A DNA stretch of 64,000 bases, taken from NCBI RefSeq assembly GCF_965279725.1, contig NZ_CBDIIL010000002.1:147804-211803 (forward strand), in the 5' to 3' direction. Every line of letters begins with the position of its first letter. The first letter of the stretch is position 1. Both the position numbers and the translations under genes were made by a program. Below the pieces are notes generated by a model, which was given only the letters and a program-made list of their open reading frames with translations, did not search any database and was not told the origin of the DNA. The DNA comes from Sphingopyxis sp. Its GTDB lineage: Bacteria; Pseudomonadota; Alphaproteobacteria; Sphingomonadales; Sphingomonadaceae. This document shows positions 8,617 to 18,702 of the stretch, in pieces.

Positions 8617-9998
8617 CGGCGCCTGTCATCCTGTGGTTCCGCCGCGACTTGCGCCTGTCGGATCAGGCAGCGTTGATCGCGGCGGCGGCCGATGGTCCGG
8701 TCATCCCGGTCTTCATCCTCGACGATGAGACGCCCAAGCATCGCCGGATGGGCGCTGCGTCGCGTTGGTGGCTGCATCATAGCTTGGCAAGCCTCGACTC
8801 CCGTCTGCGCGAAAAGGGGTCTCGCCTGATCTTGCGCCGCGGCAAGTGTGAAGATCAACTGGCGATAATTGCTGAGGAAACGGGTGCGAAGGTGGTGCAT
8901 TGCCTCCGCCACCATGAACCGTGGTGGCGCAATGCCGAAAAGGCCGTTGCGAAACGGCTCGAACTGATTTGCCATAATGGCAATTATCTGTTGCCCCTCG
9001 GGACGCTGACGACCGGTGGCGGCACACCGTACAAGATTTACACCCCCTTTTGGCGCGCGCTGAAAGAGCGGATGCCGCCGCCCAACCCGTCAAATTGCCC
9101 ACGCGACATTGCCGCGCCGGAACAATGGCCGGCTTCGGATGCGCTGGGCGATTGGGGTTTGCTGCAGACCAAGCCCGATTGGGCGACGGGCTTCGCCGCC
9201 GAATGGCAGCCGGGCGAAGCAGGCGCGCGCCGACGTGTTGCAGACTTCATCGATACGGCGTCGGATTATGATCGCCGCCGTAACCTGCCGTCGGAAGAGG
9301 GCAGTTCGCGCCTGTCGCCGCATCTGCATTTCGGCGAAATATCGCCCGCCGCTGTGTGGCACTGCACCGCCGATGCCGGGGGCTCGGTCGACGTGTTTCT
9401 GGGCGAGATCGGCTGGCGCGACTATGCGCAGAACATCATCCTGCAATTTCCCGACTATGGCGGCCAAAGTGCGCGCGGCGCCTTTGACCATCTGCCGTGG
9501 CGCGACGACGCGGGGGCCGATGCCGATCTCGCCGCATGGCAGCAGGGCCAGACCGGCTATCCCATCGTTGATGCCGGGATGCGCCAGTTGTGGGCGACCG
9601 GCTGGATGCACAATCGGGTGCGGATGATCGCGGCGAGTTTTCTGATTAAACATCTGCTGATCGATTGGCGCCGCGGCGAGCAATGGTTTTGGGATACGCT
9701 GGTCGATGCCGACTACGCGTCGAACGCGGTAAACTGGCAATGGGTGGCGGGCAGCGGCGTCGACAGCAATATGTTCCCGCGCATCATGGCGCCGCTCACG
9801 CAGTCGGAGAAGTTCGATGCTGCGGGCTATATTCGCCAATGGGTGCCTGAGCTTGCTGAGCTGACCGAACCCGCGATCCACGATCCTGAAACCTTCGGAC
9901 AGCGCCCACGATCTTATCCTGGCAAGATCATCGGCCACCGCGAAGCCCGTGAACGGGCGCTGACCGCATATGACGTCATGAAGGCGCACGGCACCTGA
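8613..9998 (+). CDS. phr: Deoxyribodipyrimidine photolyase / cryptochrome family
   Basis: WFRRDLRLSDQ, SRLSPHLHFGEISP, GYPIVDAGMRQLWATGWMHNRVRM, DADYASNAVNWQW. Start set at ATG 8613. Confidence 0.93.
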   Translation: MTAPVILWFRRDLRLSDQAALIAAAADGPVIPVFILDDETPKHRRMGAASRWWLHHSLASLDSRLREKGSRLILRRGKCEDQLAIIAEETGAKVVHCLRHHEPWWRNAEKAVAKRLELICHNGNYLLPLGTLTTGGGTPYKIYTPFWRALKERMPPPNPSNCPRDIAAPEQWPASDALGDWGLLQTKPDWATGFAAEWQPGEAGARRRVADFIDTASDYDRRRNLPSEEGSSRLSPHLHFGEISPAAVWHCTADAGGSVDVFLGEIGWRDYAQNIILQFPDYGGQSARGAFDHLPWRDDAGADADLAAWQQGQTGYPIVDAGMRQLWATGWMHNRVRMIAASFLIKHLLIDWRRGEQWFWDTLVDADYASNAVNWQWVAGSGVDSNMFPRIMAPLTQSEKFDAAGYIRQWVPELAELTEPAIHDPETFGQRPRSYPGKIIGHREARERALTAYDVMKAHGT

Positions 9999-10033
9999 TT
10001 GTCAGACGCCGGACTTTGGGGCAGGAAGACGCT

Positions 10034-11314
10034 ATGAACACGCATGTCAGCCCGCGTCGCGGCAAGCAATTGCTTCGCGCCGATCGCGCCTACCGCAGCG
10101 GTGGAGCTTTGGCACGGCTGCTGGCGTTCGCGCCCGCGGGACTGTTTCACCGCCTGCTCGACCGGATCGATCTCGGGCTCGCACTCGGCACGATCGAGGC
10201 GCATTTGCCCGACGGTAGCGTGCGTCTGCTGGGTGGTCGCGGCGCGGGGCCGGTGGCGATCGTCCACCTGCACAGCTGGGCCTCGTTGGCGCGGCTGGCG
10301 ATGTCGGGATCGGTGGGCTGGTATCGCGCTTGGGACGCGGGCGAGTGGACCTCGCCCGATCCGGTGCCGCTGTTCGACCTTTTCATGCGTAACGGCGAAT
10401 CGCTCGGCGATGTGGCGCGCGCGCGTGGGCCATTGCGCTGGCTGAACAAGCTCGCCCATGTGCTGAATCGCAATGACCGTCGCGGTGCCAAAAGAAACAT
10501 CCATGCCCATTATGATTTAGGCAATGATTTCTATCGCTTGTGGCTCGATCAGGCGATGAATTATTCGAGTGCACTGTTCGCGGATCCGGCCCAGTCGCTC
10601 GACCAGGCGCAAGCGACAAAAATCGACGCGATCCTTGATCGGCTTGACCTTAGGTCGGGTAGCCGCTTGCTGGAAATAGGTTGCGGCTGGGGGGCGCTCG
10701 CTGAGCGCGCGGTCGAGCGCCACGACGTGCTTTACACCGGGATTACGCTGTCGCCGTCGCAAGCCGAAGTCGCTGACGCCCGCTTGGCCGCCATCGACCT
10801 GTCGGGGCGCTCGCATATCGAAATATGCGATTACCGCGACGCGCAAGGCCCATATGACGCGATCGCGAGCGTCGAGATGGTCGAAGCGGTGGGGGAGGCC
10901 TATTGGCCCGCCTATCTTGACGCGATCGCGCAATTGCTGCGCCCGGGTGGTAAGGCCGCGATCCAGTATATTCTGATCAATGACGCGCTGTTCGAACGCT
11001 ATGCGGCCAGCAGCGACTTTATCCAGGCGTATATTTTTCCCGGCGGCTGTCTGATGTCCGAAAGCCGTTTTCGGGCGCTAGCCGAGGCGCGGGGGCTGGC
11101 GTGGGGCGACGTCCACCGATTTGGCGACGATTATGCCGAAACGCTGCGCCAGTGGCGCGAGCGCTTTGATGCGGCGGTTGCCGCCGACCAGTTGCCGTCG
11201 GGTTTTGATGACCGTTTTGTCCGGCTCTGGCGTTATTATCTGCAATATTGCGAAGGCGGTTTTCGCGGCGGCGGCATCGACGTTGCCCAAGTCACGCTTG
11301 AAAAAACGGCCTGA
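10034..11314 (+). CDS. cfa: Cyclopropane-fatty-acyl-phospholipid synthase family methyltransferase
   Basis: NIHAHYDLGNDFY, MNYSSALF, LEIGCGWG, SVEMVEAVG, IFPGG, WRYYLQYCEGGF. Confidence 0.88.
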   Translation: MNTHVSPRRGKQLLRADRAYRSGGALARLLAFAPAGLFHRLLDRIDLGLALGTIEAHLPDGSVRLLGGRGAGPVAIVHLHSWASLARLAMSGSVGWYRAWDAGEWTSPDPVPLFDLFMRNGESLGDVARARGPLRWLNKLAHVLNRNDRRGAKRNIHAHYDLGNDFYRLWLDQAMNYSSALFADPAQSLDQAQATKIDAILDRLDLRSGSRLLEIGCGWGALAERAVERHDVLYTGITLSPSQAEVADARLAAIDLSGRSHIEICDYRDAQGPYDAIASVEMVEAVGEAYWPAYLDAIAQLLRPGGKAAIQYILINDALFERYAASSDFIQAYIFPGGCLMSESRFRALAEARGLAWGDVHRFGDDYAETLRQWRERFDAAVAADQLPSGFDDRFVRLWRYYLQYCEGGFRGGGIDVAQVTLEKTA

Positions 11315-11334
11315 GAACAGGGGAGAGGAAGTCT

Positions 11335-12510
11335 ATGCGACGATATTTGGCGGCGGTGCTCGTGTGCGCCGCAGCAGCGGGGTGCAATGCATCCGATGCC
11401 ACCCAAACCACTGACACGCTGCCAAAGGATATGAATGTGCTGTTCTGGACTCAGGATCAACGCGACGCGGCGTTTCGCACGATGGAAACCGTGCCCAAGG
11501 TGGTGGTCAACACGGTCGAAGCGGGCGATGCCGTCTATCCGCTGCCGCAGGGGCAGCCGATCGACCTTGGTAGCGAAGTGGACGCCTATATGGCGAAGCA
11601 GCGCAACGCGGGCCTCATCATCGTCCAGGACGGCAAGATTCGCCTTGAAAAATATGCGCTCGGTTATGGCGCAGCGGGTCGCTGGACCAGCTTTTCGGTA
11701 GCCAAAAGCTTTACCGCGACGCTCGTCGGCGCTGCGGTCAAGGACGGCTTTATCAAGAGCCTGGACGACAAGGTCACCATCTATATCCCCGGGCTGAAGG
11801 GTTCCGCCTACGATGATGTCAGCGTCCGGCAGTTGCTGACGATGACTTCCGGGGTCAAATGGAACGAGGATTATACCGATCCCAAATCGGATGTGGCGCA
11901 GTTCAACATGCAGAAACCCGTCGCCGGCGAAGACATTACCGTCAGTTATATGAAGACCCTGCCGCGCGAAGCGCCTGCGGGATCGAAGTGGGTTTATAAG
12001 ACTGGCGAGACCAATTTGATCGGCGTGCTGGTATCCAGCGCCACTGGCAAAACGCTGTCGCAATATCTGTCCGAAAAGGTCTGGCAGCCGTTCGGCATGA
12101 AGCAGGACGCGGTTTGGATGCTCGGCGCTACAGGTCACGAGATCAGTGGTTGTTGCATGTCGGCCAGCCTCAAGGATTATGCGAGGTTCGGTCAGTTCAT
12201 CCTGAATGGGGGCGTCGCAGGCGGGAAGAAGGTATTGCCTGACGACTGGCTGCCCGCCGCAACGACGAAACAGGCGAGCATCGACCTGCCCGGGCGCGGC
12301 TATGGCTATCAGTGGTGGACGAACGACGACGGCAGCTTTGCGGCGCAGGGCATTTTTGGCCAGGGGATCTTCATCGATCCGAAGCGCAAGCTGGTGATCG
12401 CGTCCAACGGCAACTGGCCGACGGCGACCGACCCCGAGGGTGTCGGCGCGGCGCGCGAAGCGTTTTACAAGAGCGTGCAGACGGCGGTGGATAAGGAAGC
12501 GGCGAAGTAA
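11335..12510 (+). CDS. Serine hydrolase, beta-lactamase fold (NylB-like), probable lipoprotein
   Basis: Signal peptide ending AAAGC, SVAKS (SxxK), YGYQWW, AQGIFGQ. Confidence 0.85.
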   Translation: MRRYLAAVLVCAAAAGCNASDATQTTDTLPKDMNVLFWTQDQRDAAFRTMETVPKVVVNTVEAGDAVYPLPQGQPIDLGSEVDAYMAKQRNAGLIIVQDGKIRLEKYALGYGAAGRWTSFSVAKSFTATLVGAAVKDGFIKSLDDKVTIYIPGLKGSAYDDVSVRQLLTMTSGVKWNEDYTDPKSDVAQFNMQKPVAGEDITVSYMKTLPREAPAGSKWVYKTGETNLIGVLVSSATGKTLSQYLSEKVWQPFGMKQDAVWMLGATGHEISGCCMSASLKDYARFGQFILNGGVAGGKKVLPDDWLPAATTKQASIDLPGRGYGYQWWTNDDGSFAAQGIFGQGIFIDPKRKLVIASNGNWPTATDPEGVGAAREAFYKSVQTAVDKEAAK

Positions 12511-12513
12511 GTA

Positions 12514-12605
12514 CCGTCGCCCCCGCAAAGGCGGGGGTCACTGGAGGTTTGCGCAGCGATGCAAGAAAAGGCCGCTAGCGACCCCCGCCTGGGCGGGGAC
12601 GACGG
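12514..12605. repeat. REP-like inverted pair (CCGTCGCCCCCGC...GGCGGGGGTC family)
   Basis: The 26-nt left arm matches the reverse complement of the right arm at 23/26 positions. Each arm is itself a hairpin. Lies between convergent genes. Confidence 0.8.
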
Positions 12606-12609
12606 CCAT

Positions 12610-12996
12610 TTAGTCGGCGATGATCGCCGTCGCGCGCTGGGCTAGCCAAACCGCGGCGAGCGGCACTGCGACGCCAAGCACCATGATCCACCAAGTGTCG
12701 GCGAGTGTCACAGCGCGATAGAGCGCGGCGCCGATCACCGACCCTGCCACTATCCAGCCAGCACCGGTTCCTGCCGATATCCGCATCGCGAGCCAGCCGC
12801 CTGCGAAGGTGCCGACGAACCAGCCGACAATCAACGCGATCGTCGACCCGATTGGAATCAAGATTTCGCCGGTGTCGAGATCAAATTCGGCGGGAGAGAT
12901 TTCGCTACCGGCATATTGCGCCAGCCAGATCAACCCGAATGCTACGACGATACCGATCACCGTCGCGATCGCCGATCGCAAAATATCCTTGGTCAT
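12610..12996 (-). CDS. Hypothetical membrane protein (about 4 TM)
   Basis: 128-aa ORF with four hydrophobic segments. Confidence 0.7.
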   Translation of the reverse strand: MTKDILRSAIATVIGIVVAFGLIWLAQYAGSEISPAEFDLDTGEILIPIGSTIALIVGWFVGTFAGGWLAMRISAGTGAGWIVAGSVIGAALYRAVTLADTWWIMVLGVAVPLAAVWLAQRATAIIAD

Positions 12997-13057
12997 TCCA
13001 GCGCCCTTGCAAACCCGTCTTGTCTGGCTGCCTTAGTGCAGGAAAACAAAGATGGCG

Positions 13058-13792
13058 TTAAGCCTTTTCCATGACCTTGGGCAAAGCGTGGAAGGCGGTG
13101 CTGTCGAAGCCGTCGACCATCAGCCTGGCGACAAACTCGCCGACTGCCGCAGGCTCCTTGATGCTCTTTGCGTCTTCGCCGGGATAGGCGCGGGCGCGCA
13201 TCTGGGTGCGGGTGCCGCCCGGATCGAGGATCGCGGTGCGGACGGTCGAAATATTGCGCATCTCGGCGCCGTAGCTGGTTACCAGCGTTTCGAACGCCGC
13301 TTTTGATGCGGCATAGGCTCCCCAATAGGCGCGGGGTTCGCGGGCGACGCCGCTCGACAAGGCGAGCAGGCGGCCGTTCGCGGCGCGGCGGAGCAACGGG
13401 TCGAAATTAGCAATCAGCGCCTGCTGTGCGATCAGGTTGAGCGTCAGCAGCTTGTTGAATTCCTTGCCGTCGATCGCCGCCACGGGTGTCAACGTCCCGA
13501 GCATCGCGGCGTTGAGCACGATCATGTCGAGTTGCTGCCAGCGTTCGGCCATCGCGCTGGCGAGCCGCGCAATGCTGTCGCCGTCGGTCAGGTCTAGCGG
13601 GGCGATCGTCGCGCCGCCGCCTGCAGCGTGGATACGGTCTTCGAGCGCTTCGAGTCCGCCCGCGGTGCGCGCGGTGATCACGACATGCGCGCCGCGCGCC
13701 GCTAATGCCTCGGCAATCGCTTCGCCGATGCCACGGCTCGCCCCGGTGACGAGCGCAACCTGGCCCGCCAGTTCTTCAGTCTTGATAGTCAT
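13058..13792 (-). CDS. Short-chain dehydrogenase/reductase (YciK-like)
   Basis: VTGASRGIG, LNAA, YAASKAA. Start set at ATG 13792, directly after purF. Confidence 0.9.
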   Translation of the reverse strand: MTIKTEELAGQVALVTGASRGIGEAIAEALAARGAHVVITARTAGGLEALEDRIHAAGGGATIAPLDLTDGDSIARLASAMAERWQQLDMIVLNAAMLGTLTPVAAIDGKEFNKLLTLNLIAQQALIANFDPLLRRAANGRLLALSSGVAREPRAYWGAYAASKAAFETLVTSYGAEMRNISTVRTAILDPGGTRTQMRARAYPGEDAKSIKEPAAVGEFVARLMVDGFDSTAFHALPKVMEKA

Positions 13793-13796
13793 GGTG

Positions 13797-15254
13797 TCAG
13801 ACAACCCGTTCGGCAAGCAGCGAAAATTGATCCTCCAGACCATGCTCATCGAAATCGGTGAGCGTGGTCGGATAATCGCCGGTAAAGCAGGCGTCGCAAT
13901 ATTGCGGCGCATCGTCGCTGCGCTTCGCTTCGCCCAGCGCACGATAGAGACCGTCGATCGTCACGAAAGACAGACTGTCCGCATTGATGAAATTTGCCAT
14001 CTGACCGACGGTCATCTGCGCGGCGAGCAGCTTGGCGCGTTCGGGGGTATCGACGCCGTAAAAGCAGCTGTGCTGCGTCGGCGGGCTGGCGATGCGCATA
14101 TGCACTTCGGCGGCGCCGGCATCGCGCATCATCTGCACGATCTTCAGGCTGGTGGTGCCGCGCACAATCGAATCGTCGATCAGCACGACCCGTTTGCCCG
14201 CGATCAGGGCGCGGTTGGCGTTGTGCTTCAGCTTGACGCCCAGATGGCGAACCTTGTCGCCCGGCTGGATGAAGGTGCGGCCGACATAATGCGAGCGGAT
14301 GATCCCGAGTTCGAACGGGATGCCCGATTCCTGCGCGTAACCGATCGCAGCGGGCGTACCCGAATCGGGGACGGGGATGATCAGGTCGGCGTCGACCGGA
14401 TTTTCGCGTGCCAGCTCGGCACCGATGGCCTTGCGCACCGAATAGACGCTGGTGCCGTCGACGATCGAATCGGGGCGCGAGAAATAGACATATTCGAAGA
14501 TGCAGGGGCGCGCCGACTGCGCGGCGAAGGGGCGATGCGAGGTCAGCTGGCCATCGCGGATGATGACAAGCTCGCCGGGTTCGACCGAACGGACAAACTC
14601 AGCGCCGACGACGTCAAGAGCGACGGTTTCCGACGCCAGAATATGCGCATCGCCGAGCTTGCCGATCACGAGCGGGCGGATGCCGAGCGGATCACGGCAA
14701 CCGATCATGCCTTCGGCGGTCAGGCAGATGAGCGAATAGGCGCCCTCGACCTGCTTCAGCGCGTCGATGAAACGGTCGATCAGCGATCGATAGCTAGACG
14801 TTGCGACGAGGTGAATGATGACCTCGGTATCGCTGGTCGATTGAAAGATCGAACCGCGGCGGACGAGCACCTTCTTAAGCGCCGTCGCGTTGGAAATATT
14901 GCCGTTATGCGCCACCGCAAAGCCGCCGGTGGAAAGATCGGCGAACAGCGGCTGGACGTTGCGCAGCGCAGTCTCGCCGGTCGTCGAATAGCGGACATGG
15001 CCGACCGACGACCCGCCCTGCAACTGGCGCATGATCTCGTCGCGATCGAAATTGCCCGCGACATGGCCCATCGCGCGGTGGGTATGGAATTCCTTGCCGT
15101 CGAAGGCGGTGATGCCTGCGGCTTCCTGTCCCCGGTGCTGCAGGGCGTGCAGGCCGAGCGCGACAACCGCCGCGGCGCTGTCGGCGCCATGAATACCAAA
15201 GACGCCGCACTCCTCGCGGAGTTTGTCGTCGTCAAAAGGGTTTGTGGTGAGCAT
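13797..15254 (-). CDS. purF: Amidophosphoribosyltransferase
   Basis: EECGVFG, LQHRGQEAAG, GHVRYSTTG, PRPP motif VLIDDSIVRGTT, YCDACFTG. Start set at ATG 15254. Confidence 0.96.
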   Translation of the reverse strand: MLTTNPFDDDKLREECGVFGIHGADSAAAVVALGLHALQHRGQEAAGITAFDGKEFHTHRAMGHVAGNFDRDEIMRQLQGGSSVGHVRYSTTGETALRNVQPLFADLSTGGFAVAHNGNISNATALKKVLVRRGSIFQSTSDTEVIIHLVATSSYRSLIDRFIDALKQVEGAYSLICLTAEGMIGCRDPLGIRPLVIGKLGDAHILASETVALDVVGAEFVRSVEPGELVIIRDGQLTSHRPFAAQSARPCIFEYVYFSRPDSIVDGTSVYSVRKAIGAELARENPVDADLIIPVPDSGTPAAIGYAQESGIPFELGIIRSHYVGRTFIQPGDKVRHLGVKLKHNANRALIAGKRVVLIDDSIVRGTTSLKIVQMMRDAGAAEVHMRIASPPTQHSCFYGVDTPERAKLLAAQMTVGQMANFINADSLSFVTIDGLYRALGEAKRSDDAPQYCDACFTGDYPTTLTDFDEHGLEDQFSLLAERVV

Positions 15255-15396
15255 GATGGTCCAGCAGCGAGGGCAGTGACTGGCGCGCATATAGGGTCGG
15301 TAATCGCAAATGTCGCCCCCCATATTCACGATATTGTCATCCAGCACACGAACGACGGGATGACAGGGGTCCGGCTTCTGCTCTAAAGTGCGCGTC

Positions 15397-15777
15397 ATGG
15401 AAGATCAGCGCGACACGACCGACCGATTTCTCCCGCGTTTCGACGCCGCCGGATTGGTGACGGCCATCGTCACCGATGCCGACACCGGCGTGCTGCTGAT
15501 GGTCGCGCATATGAACGCCGAAGCGATCGAACGGACCCAGGCTACCGGGCAGGCGCATTTCTGGTCGCGCTCGCGGTCGGCGCTGTGGCGCAAGGGCGAG
15601 ACCTCGGGCAACGGGTTGGCGCTGGTCGAAATGCGCGTCGATTGCGATCAGGACGCGCTGCTGCTGTGTGTAACGCCCGCCGGGCCCGCGTGCCACACCG
15701 GGCGCCGAACCTGCTTCTATCGCCGCGTTGAGATCGACGGCCGTCTGACCTTTCTGGCCGACGATGCGCAGGGCTAG
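15397..15777 (+). CDS. hisI: Phosphoribosyl-AMP cyclohydrolase
   Basis: FWSRSR...[27 protein letters not shown]. Confidence 0.94.
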   Translation: MEDQRDTTDRFLPRFDAAGLVTAIVTDADTGVLLMVAHMNAEAIERTQATGQAHFWSRSRSALWRKGETSGNGLALVEMRVDCDQDALLLCVTPAGPACHTGRRTCFYRRVEIDGRLTFLADDAQG

Positions 15778-16303
15778 CGCGGCGCTGGCGCTCGCGGCGT
15801 TGCTGTTCGCCGGATGCGACCGACCGGCTACCGTCGAAAACGGACAGGGGGTGGACGCCGACAATCCGCTCGAACAGGCGGCGCGCGAACGCGGTGTTGT
15901 GCGGCCCGACGCGACGACGCCGGTCGGCGTATTCGAACGCACCCACGATCTGGGCCGCGACGCGATGTGTGTCGTCCCCGATGGCGCCGGGCAGTGGCGT
16001 TTTGCCGTCACCGCCGCTTATGGTCCCGGACTTTCATGCACTGCGCGCGGGACGATGACGCGCGAGGACAGCGGCTGGCGGCTGCGTTTCGCAGGTGTCG
16101 AGGATTGCGAAGCGCGGGTGGACGAGCATGAGGACGAGCTGCGTCTGCCCGGAAACCTGCCGTCGCAATGCGATCGCCTGTGCCCCGCCCGGGCTTCGCT
16201 GTCGGGTTTGCGCCTGCCGCGCGCCAGTTGGTCGGCCGACGATGCGCGACGCTTGCAGATCCGCGATCGACAGGGCAACATGCAACAGCCCTGCGGGGTC
16301 TGA
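15764..16303 (+). CDS. Hypothetical Cys-rich lipoprotein
   Basis: Lipobox LFAGC, several further Cys residues, overlaps the hisI stop. Confidence 0.7.
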   Translation: MRRASAALALAALLFAGCDRPATVENGQGVDADNPLEQAARERGVVRPDATTPVGVFERTHDLGRDAMCVVPDGAGQWRFAVTAAYGPGLSCTARGTMTREDSGWRLRFAGVEDCEARVDEHEDELRLPGNLPSQCDRLCPARASLSGLRLPRASWSADDARRLQIRDRQGNMQQPCGV

Positions 16304-16333
16304 CTGGCCCGAATATAGGCTGATTTGCCGGTA

Positions 16334-16349
16334 TTGACGTTCACGTCAA
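16334..16349. promoter_or_regulatory. LiuR-type operator TTGACGT-N2-ACGTCAA
   Basis: Perfect 7+7 palindrome ending 20 nt upstream of the MerR-family gene start. Confidence 0.8.
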
Positions 16350-16369
16350 CGGAAACTAGTTTCATCGAC

Positions 16370-16801
16370 ATGACCGAACCATATGGCCACGCCCATATCG
16401 ATACGCCCGATCATCTGGGGCGCGAGCAATTCAGCATCACCGACTTGTCGACCGAGTTCGGCGTCACCGCGCGTGCGCTGCGTTTCTATGAAGATGAAGG
16501 GCTGATCAGCCCGTCGCGCAAGGGGCTGTCGCGTATCTATTCAAAACGCGACCGCGCGCGACTGGCGTGGATTCTGCGCGCGAAGAGGACGGGCTTCAGC
16601 CTTGCCGATATTCGCGAGATGATCGACCTTTACGACGTGGGCGACGGGCGCAAGACGCAGCGCCAAGTCACGATCGAGAAATGTGAACAGCGTATCGGCT
16701 TGTTGCGGCGTCAGCGCGACGATATTGATAGCGCTGTCGAAGAATTGTCGCGGTTCATCGATATGGTGAAGAAAGTCGACGCCGGCCAAAAGGTCGGTTG
16801 A
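16370..16801 (+). CDS. liuR: MerR-family transcriptional regulator (LiuR-like)
   Basis: FSITDLSTEFGVTARALRFYEDEGLISP HTH, RAKRTGFSLADIREMIDLY. Has an upstream LiuR box and a downstream acyl-CoA dehydrogenase. Confidence 0.82.
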   Translation: MTEPYGHAHIDTPDHLGREQFSITDLSTEFGVTARALRFYEDEGLISPSRKGLSRIYSKRDRARLAWILRAKRTGFSLADIREMIDLYDVGDGRKTQRQVTIEKCEQRIGLLRRQRDDIDSAVEELSRFIDMVKKVDAGQKVG

Positions 16802-16854
16802 GCCTCTCCCCAGGCAAGTTGACATTGCGAAACTGATTTTCAGAAGGATACCCC

Positions 16855-18657
16855 ATGCCCGTCTATCGCGCTCCCGTGCAAGACAGCCTTTTCCTCCTCA
16901 ACGACGTGTTGGGGATCGAGCGCTATGCGAACCTGCCCGGTTTTGCCAATGCGAGCCCGGACATGGTCGAGGCGGTGCTGACCGAGGCCGGCAAATTTTG
17001 TGAAGAAGTGCTGTTCCCGATCAACCAGTCGGGTGATCTGGAAGGTTGTACCCGTAACGAGGACGGCAGCGTCACGACGCCAGCCGGTTTCAAGGAAGCG
17101 TATAAGGCCTATTGCGATGCCGGCTGGACCTTGCTGACCCAGCCCGAAGAATTCGGCGGGCAGGCGTTGCCCCATGTCGTCGGTTTCCCGGTCGAGGAAT
17201 ATCGGATGGCCGCGAACCAGGCCTTCGCCATGTATCCGGGGCTGACCCAAGCCGCGGTCGCGGCGATTCTCGTCAAGGGCTCGGACGAGCAAAAAGCGCT
17301 CTATGCGCCCAAGATGATTTCGGGCGAATGGGGCGGGACGATGAACCTGACTGAGCCGCATTGCGGCACCGATCTGGGCCTCATCCGCACCCGCGCGGTG
17401 CCGAACGGCGATGGCAGCTATGGAATCACCGGTACCAAGATTTTCATTTCGTCGGGCGAGCATGACCTCACCGACAACATCATTCACCTCGTTCTCGCGA
17501 AGACTCCCGATGCGCCCGACAGCGTCAAGGGTATCTCCCTCTTCATCGTGCCGAAATATCTGGTGAACGAAGACCGGTCGCTCGGCGATCACAACACGCT
17601 GCAATGCGGCTCGATCGAACACAAGATGGGCATCCACGCCAATTCGACCTGCGTGATGAATTATGATGGCGCCAAGGGCTGGATGGTCGGCGAGGAGAAC
17701 AAAGGACTTGCCGCGATGTTCGTGATGATGAACGCCGCGCGTCTCGGCGTTGGTATCCAGGGATTGGGGCAGGCCGACATCGCGTTCCAGAACGCGGTCG
17801 CCTACGCCCAGGACCGCCGCCAGGGCCGCGCGCTGACCGGCCCCGCCGATCCGCAGGAAAAGGCCGACCCGCTGTTCGTTCATCCCGATGTGCGTCGCAT
17901 GTTGATGGACGCCAAGGCGACCGTCGAGGGGCTGCGCGCGCTGTGTCTGTGGGGCGCCTTGCAGGTCGATCTGGCCCACGTCGCCGAAACCGAAGAAGAA
18001 CGTCAGCGCGCCGACGATCTGGTCAGCCTGCTCACTCCCGTGATCAAAGGCTATGGCACCGACAAGGGGTATGACGTCGCGACCAACGCGCAGCAGGTGT
18101 TCGGCGGTCATGGCTACATCGAGGAAACGGGCATGTCGCAATATGTCCGCGATGCCCGCATCACGATGATCTATGAAGGCGCGAACGGCGTTCAGGCGAT
18201 GGATCTGGTCGGCCGCAAGCTCGCGCAGAATGGCGGCCGCGCCGTCCAGGCTTTCTTTGGCATCATCGACGAAGAATGCGCGCGCGCCAAAAGCAATGAG
18301 GCGCTGGCGGATTTCGCCGGTCGCCTCGAAAAGGCGAATGGAGAACTCAAGGCCGCGACGATGTGGTTCATGCAGAACGGTATAGCGAACCCGAACAATA
18401 TCGGCGCCGGCGCGCATCATTATATGCACATCATGGGCATCGTTGCGCTGGGTTCGATGTGGCTGATGATGGCCGAGGCGGCAGGGAAGGCGCTCGACGA
18501 AGAGCGCGGCAACAAGGCGTTCCTCGAAGCCAAGCTGGTCACCGCGCGTCATTTCGGCGAGCGTTTTCTACCCGATGCGGGCTCACTGCGCCGCAAGATC
18601 GAAGCGGGCAGCGAGGCGATGATGGCGCTGACGCCCGAGCAATTTTACGCAGCTTGA
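16855..18657 (+). CDS. Acyl-CoA dehydrogenase, long form (about 600 aa, DmdC/FadE5-like)
   Basis: GTMNLTEPHCGTDLG, GTKIFIS, EHKMGIH, QVFGGHGYI, IYEGANGVQA. Confidence 0.92.
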   Translation: MPVYRAPVQDSLFLLNDVLGIERYANLPGFANASPDMVEAVLTEAGKFCEEVLFPINQSGDLEGCTRNEDGSVTTPAGFKEAYKAYCDAGWTLLTQPEEFGGQALPHVVGFPVEEYRMAANQAFAMYPGLTQAAVAAILVKGSDEQKALYAPKMISGEWGGTMNLTEPHCGTDLGLIRTRAVPNGDGSYGITGTKIFISSGEHDLTDNIIHLVLAKTPDAPDSVKGISLFIVPKYLVNEDRSLGDHNTLQCGSIEHKMGIHANSTCVMNYDGAKGWMVGEENKGLAAMFVMMNAARLGVGIQGLGQADIAFQNAVAYAQDRRQGRALTGPADPQEKADPLFVHPDVRRMLMDAKATVEGLRALCLWGALQVDLAHVAETEEERQRADDLVSLLTPVIKGYGTDKGYDVATNAQQVFGGHGYIEETGMSQYVRDARITMIYEGANGVQAMDLVGRKLAQNGGRAVQAFFGIIDEECARAKSNEALADFAGRLEKANGELKAATMWFMQNGIANPNNIGAGAHHYMHIMGIVALGSMWLMMAEAAGKALDEERGNKAFLEAKLVTARHFGERFLPDAGSLRRKIEAGSEAMMALTPEQFYAA

Positions 18658-18702
18658 TCTTGCCTTGTGCAACCATCGTCGCCGCCCTAGGTGTCGGCGG
18701 CG

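Noticed and set aside
13437-15386. 649-aa plus-strand ORF
   Set aside because: Antisense shadow of purF and the SDR gene; no recognisable motifs. Long antisense ORFs are expected with high GC3.
16840-18552. 570-aa minus-strand ORF
   Set aside because: Mirror of the acyl-CoA dehydrogenase on the opposite strand.
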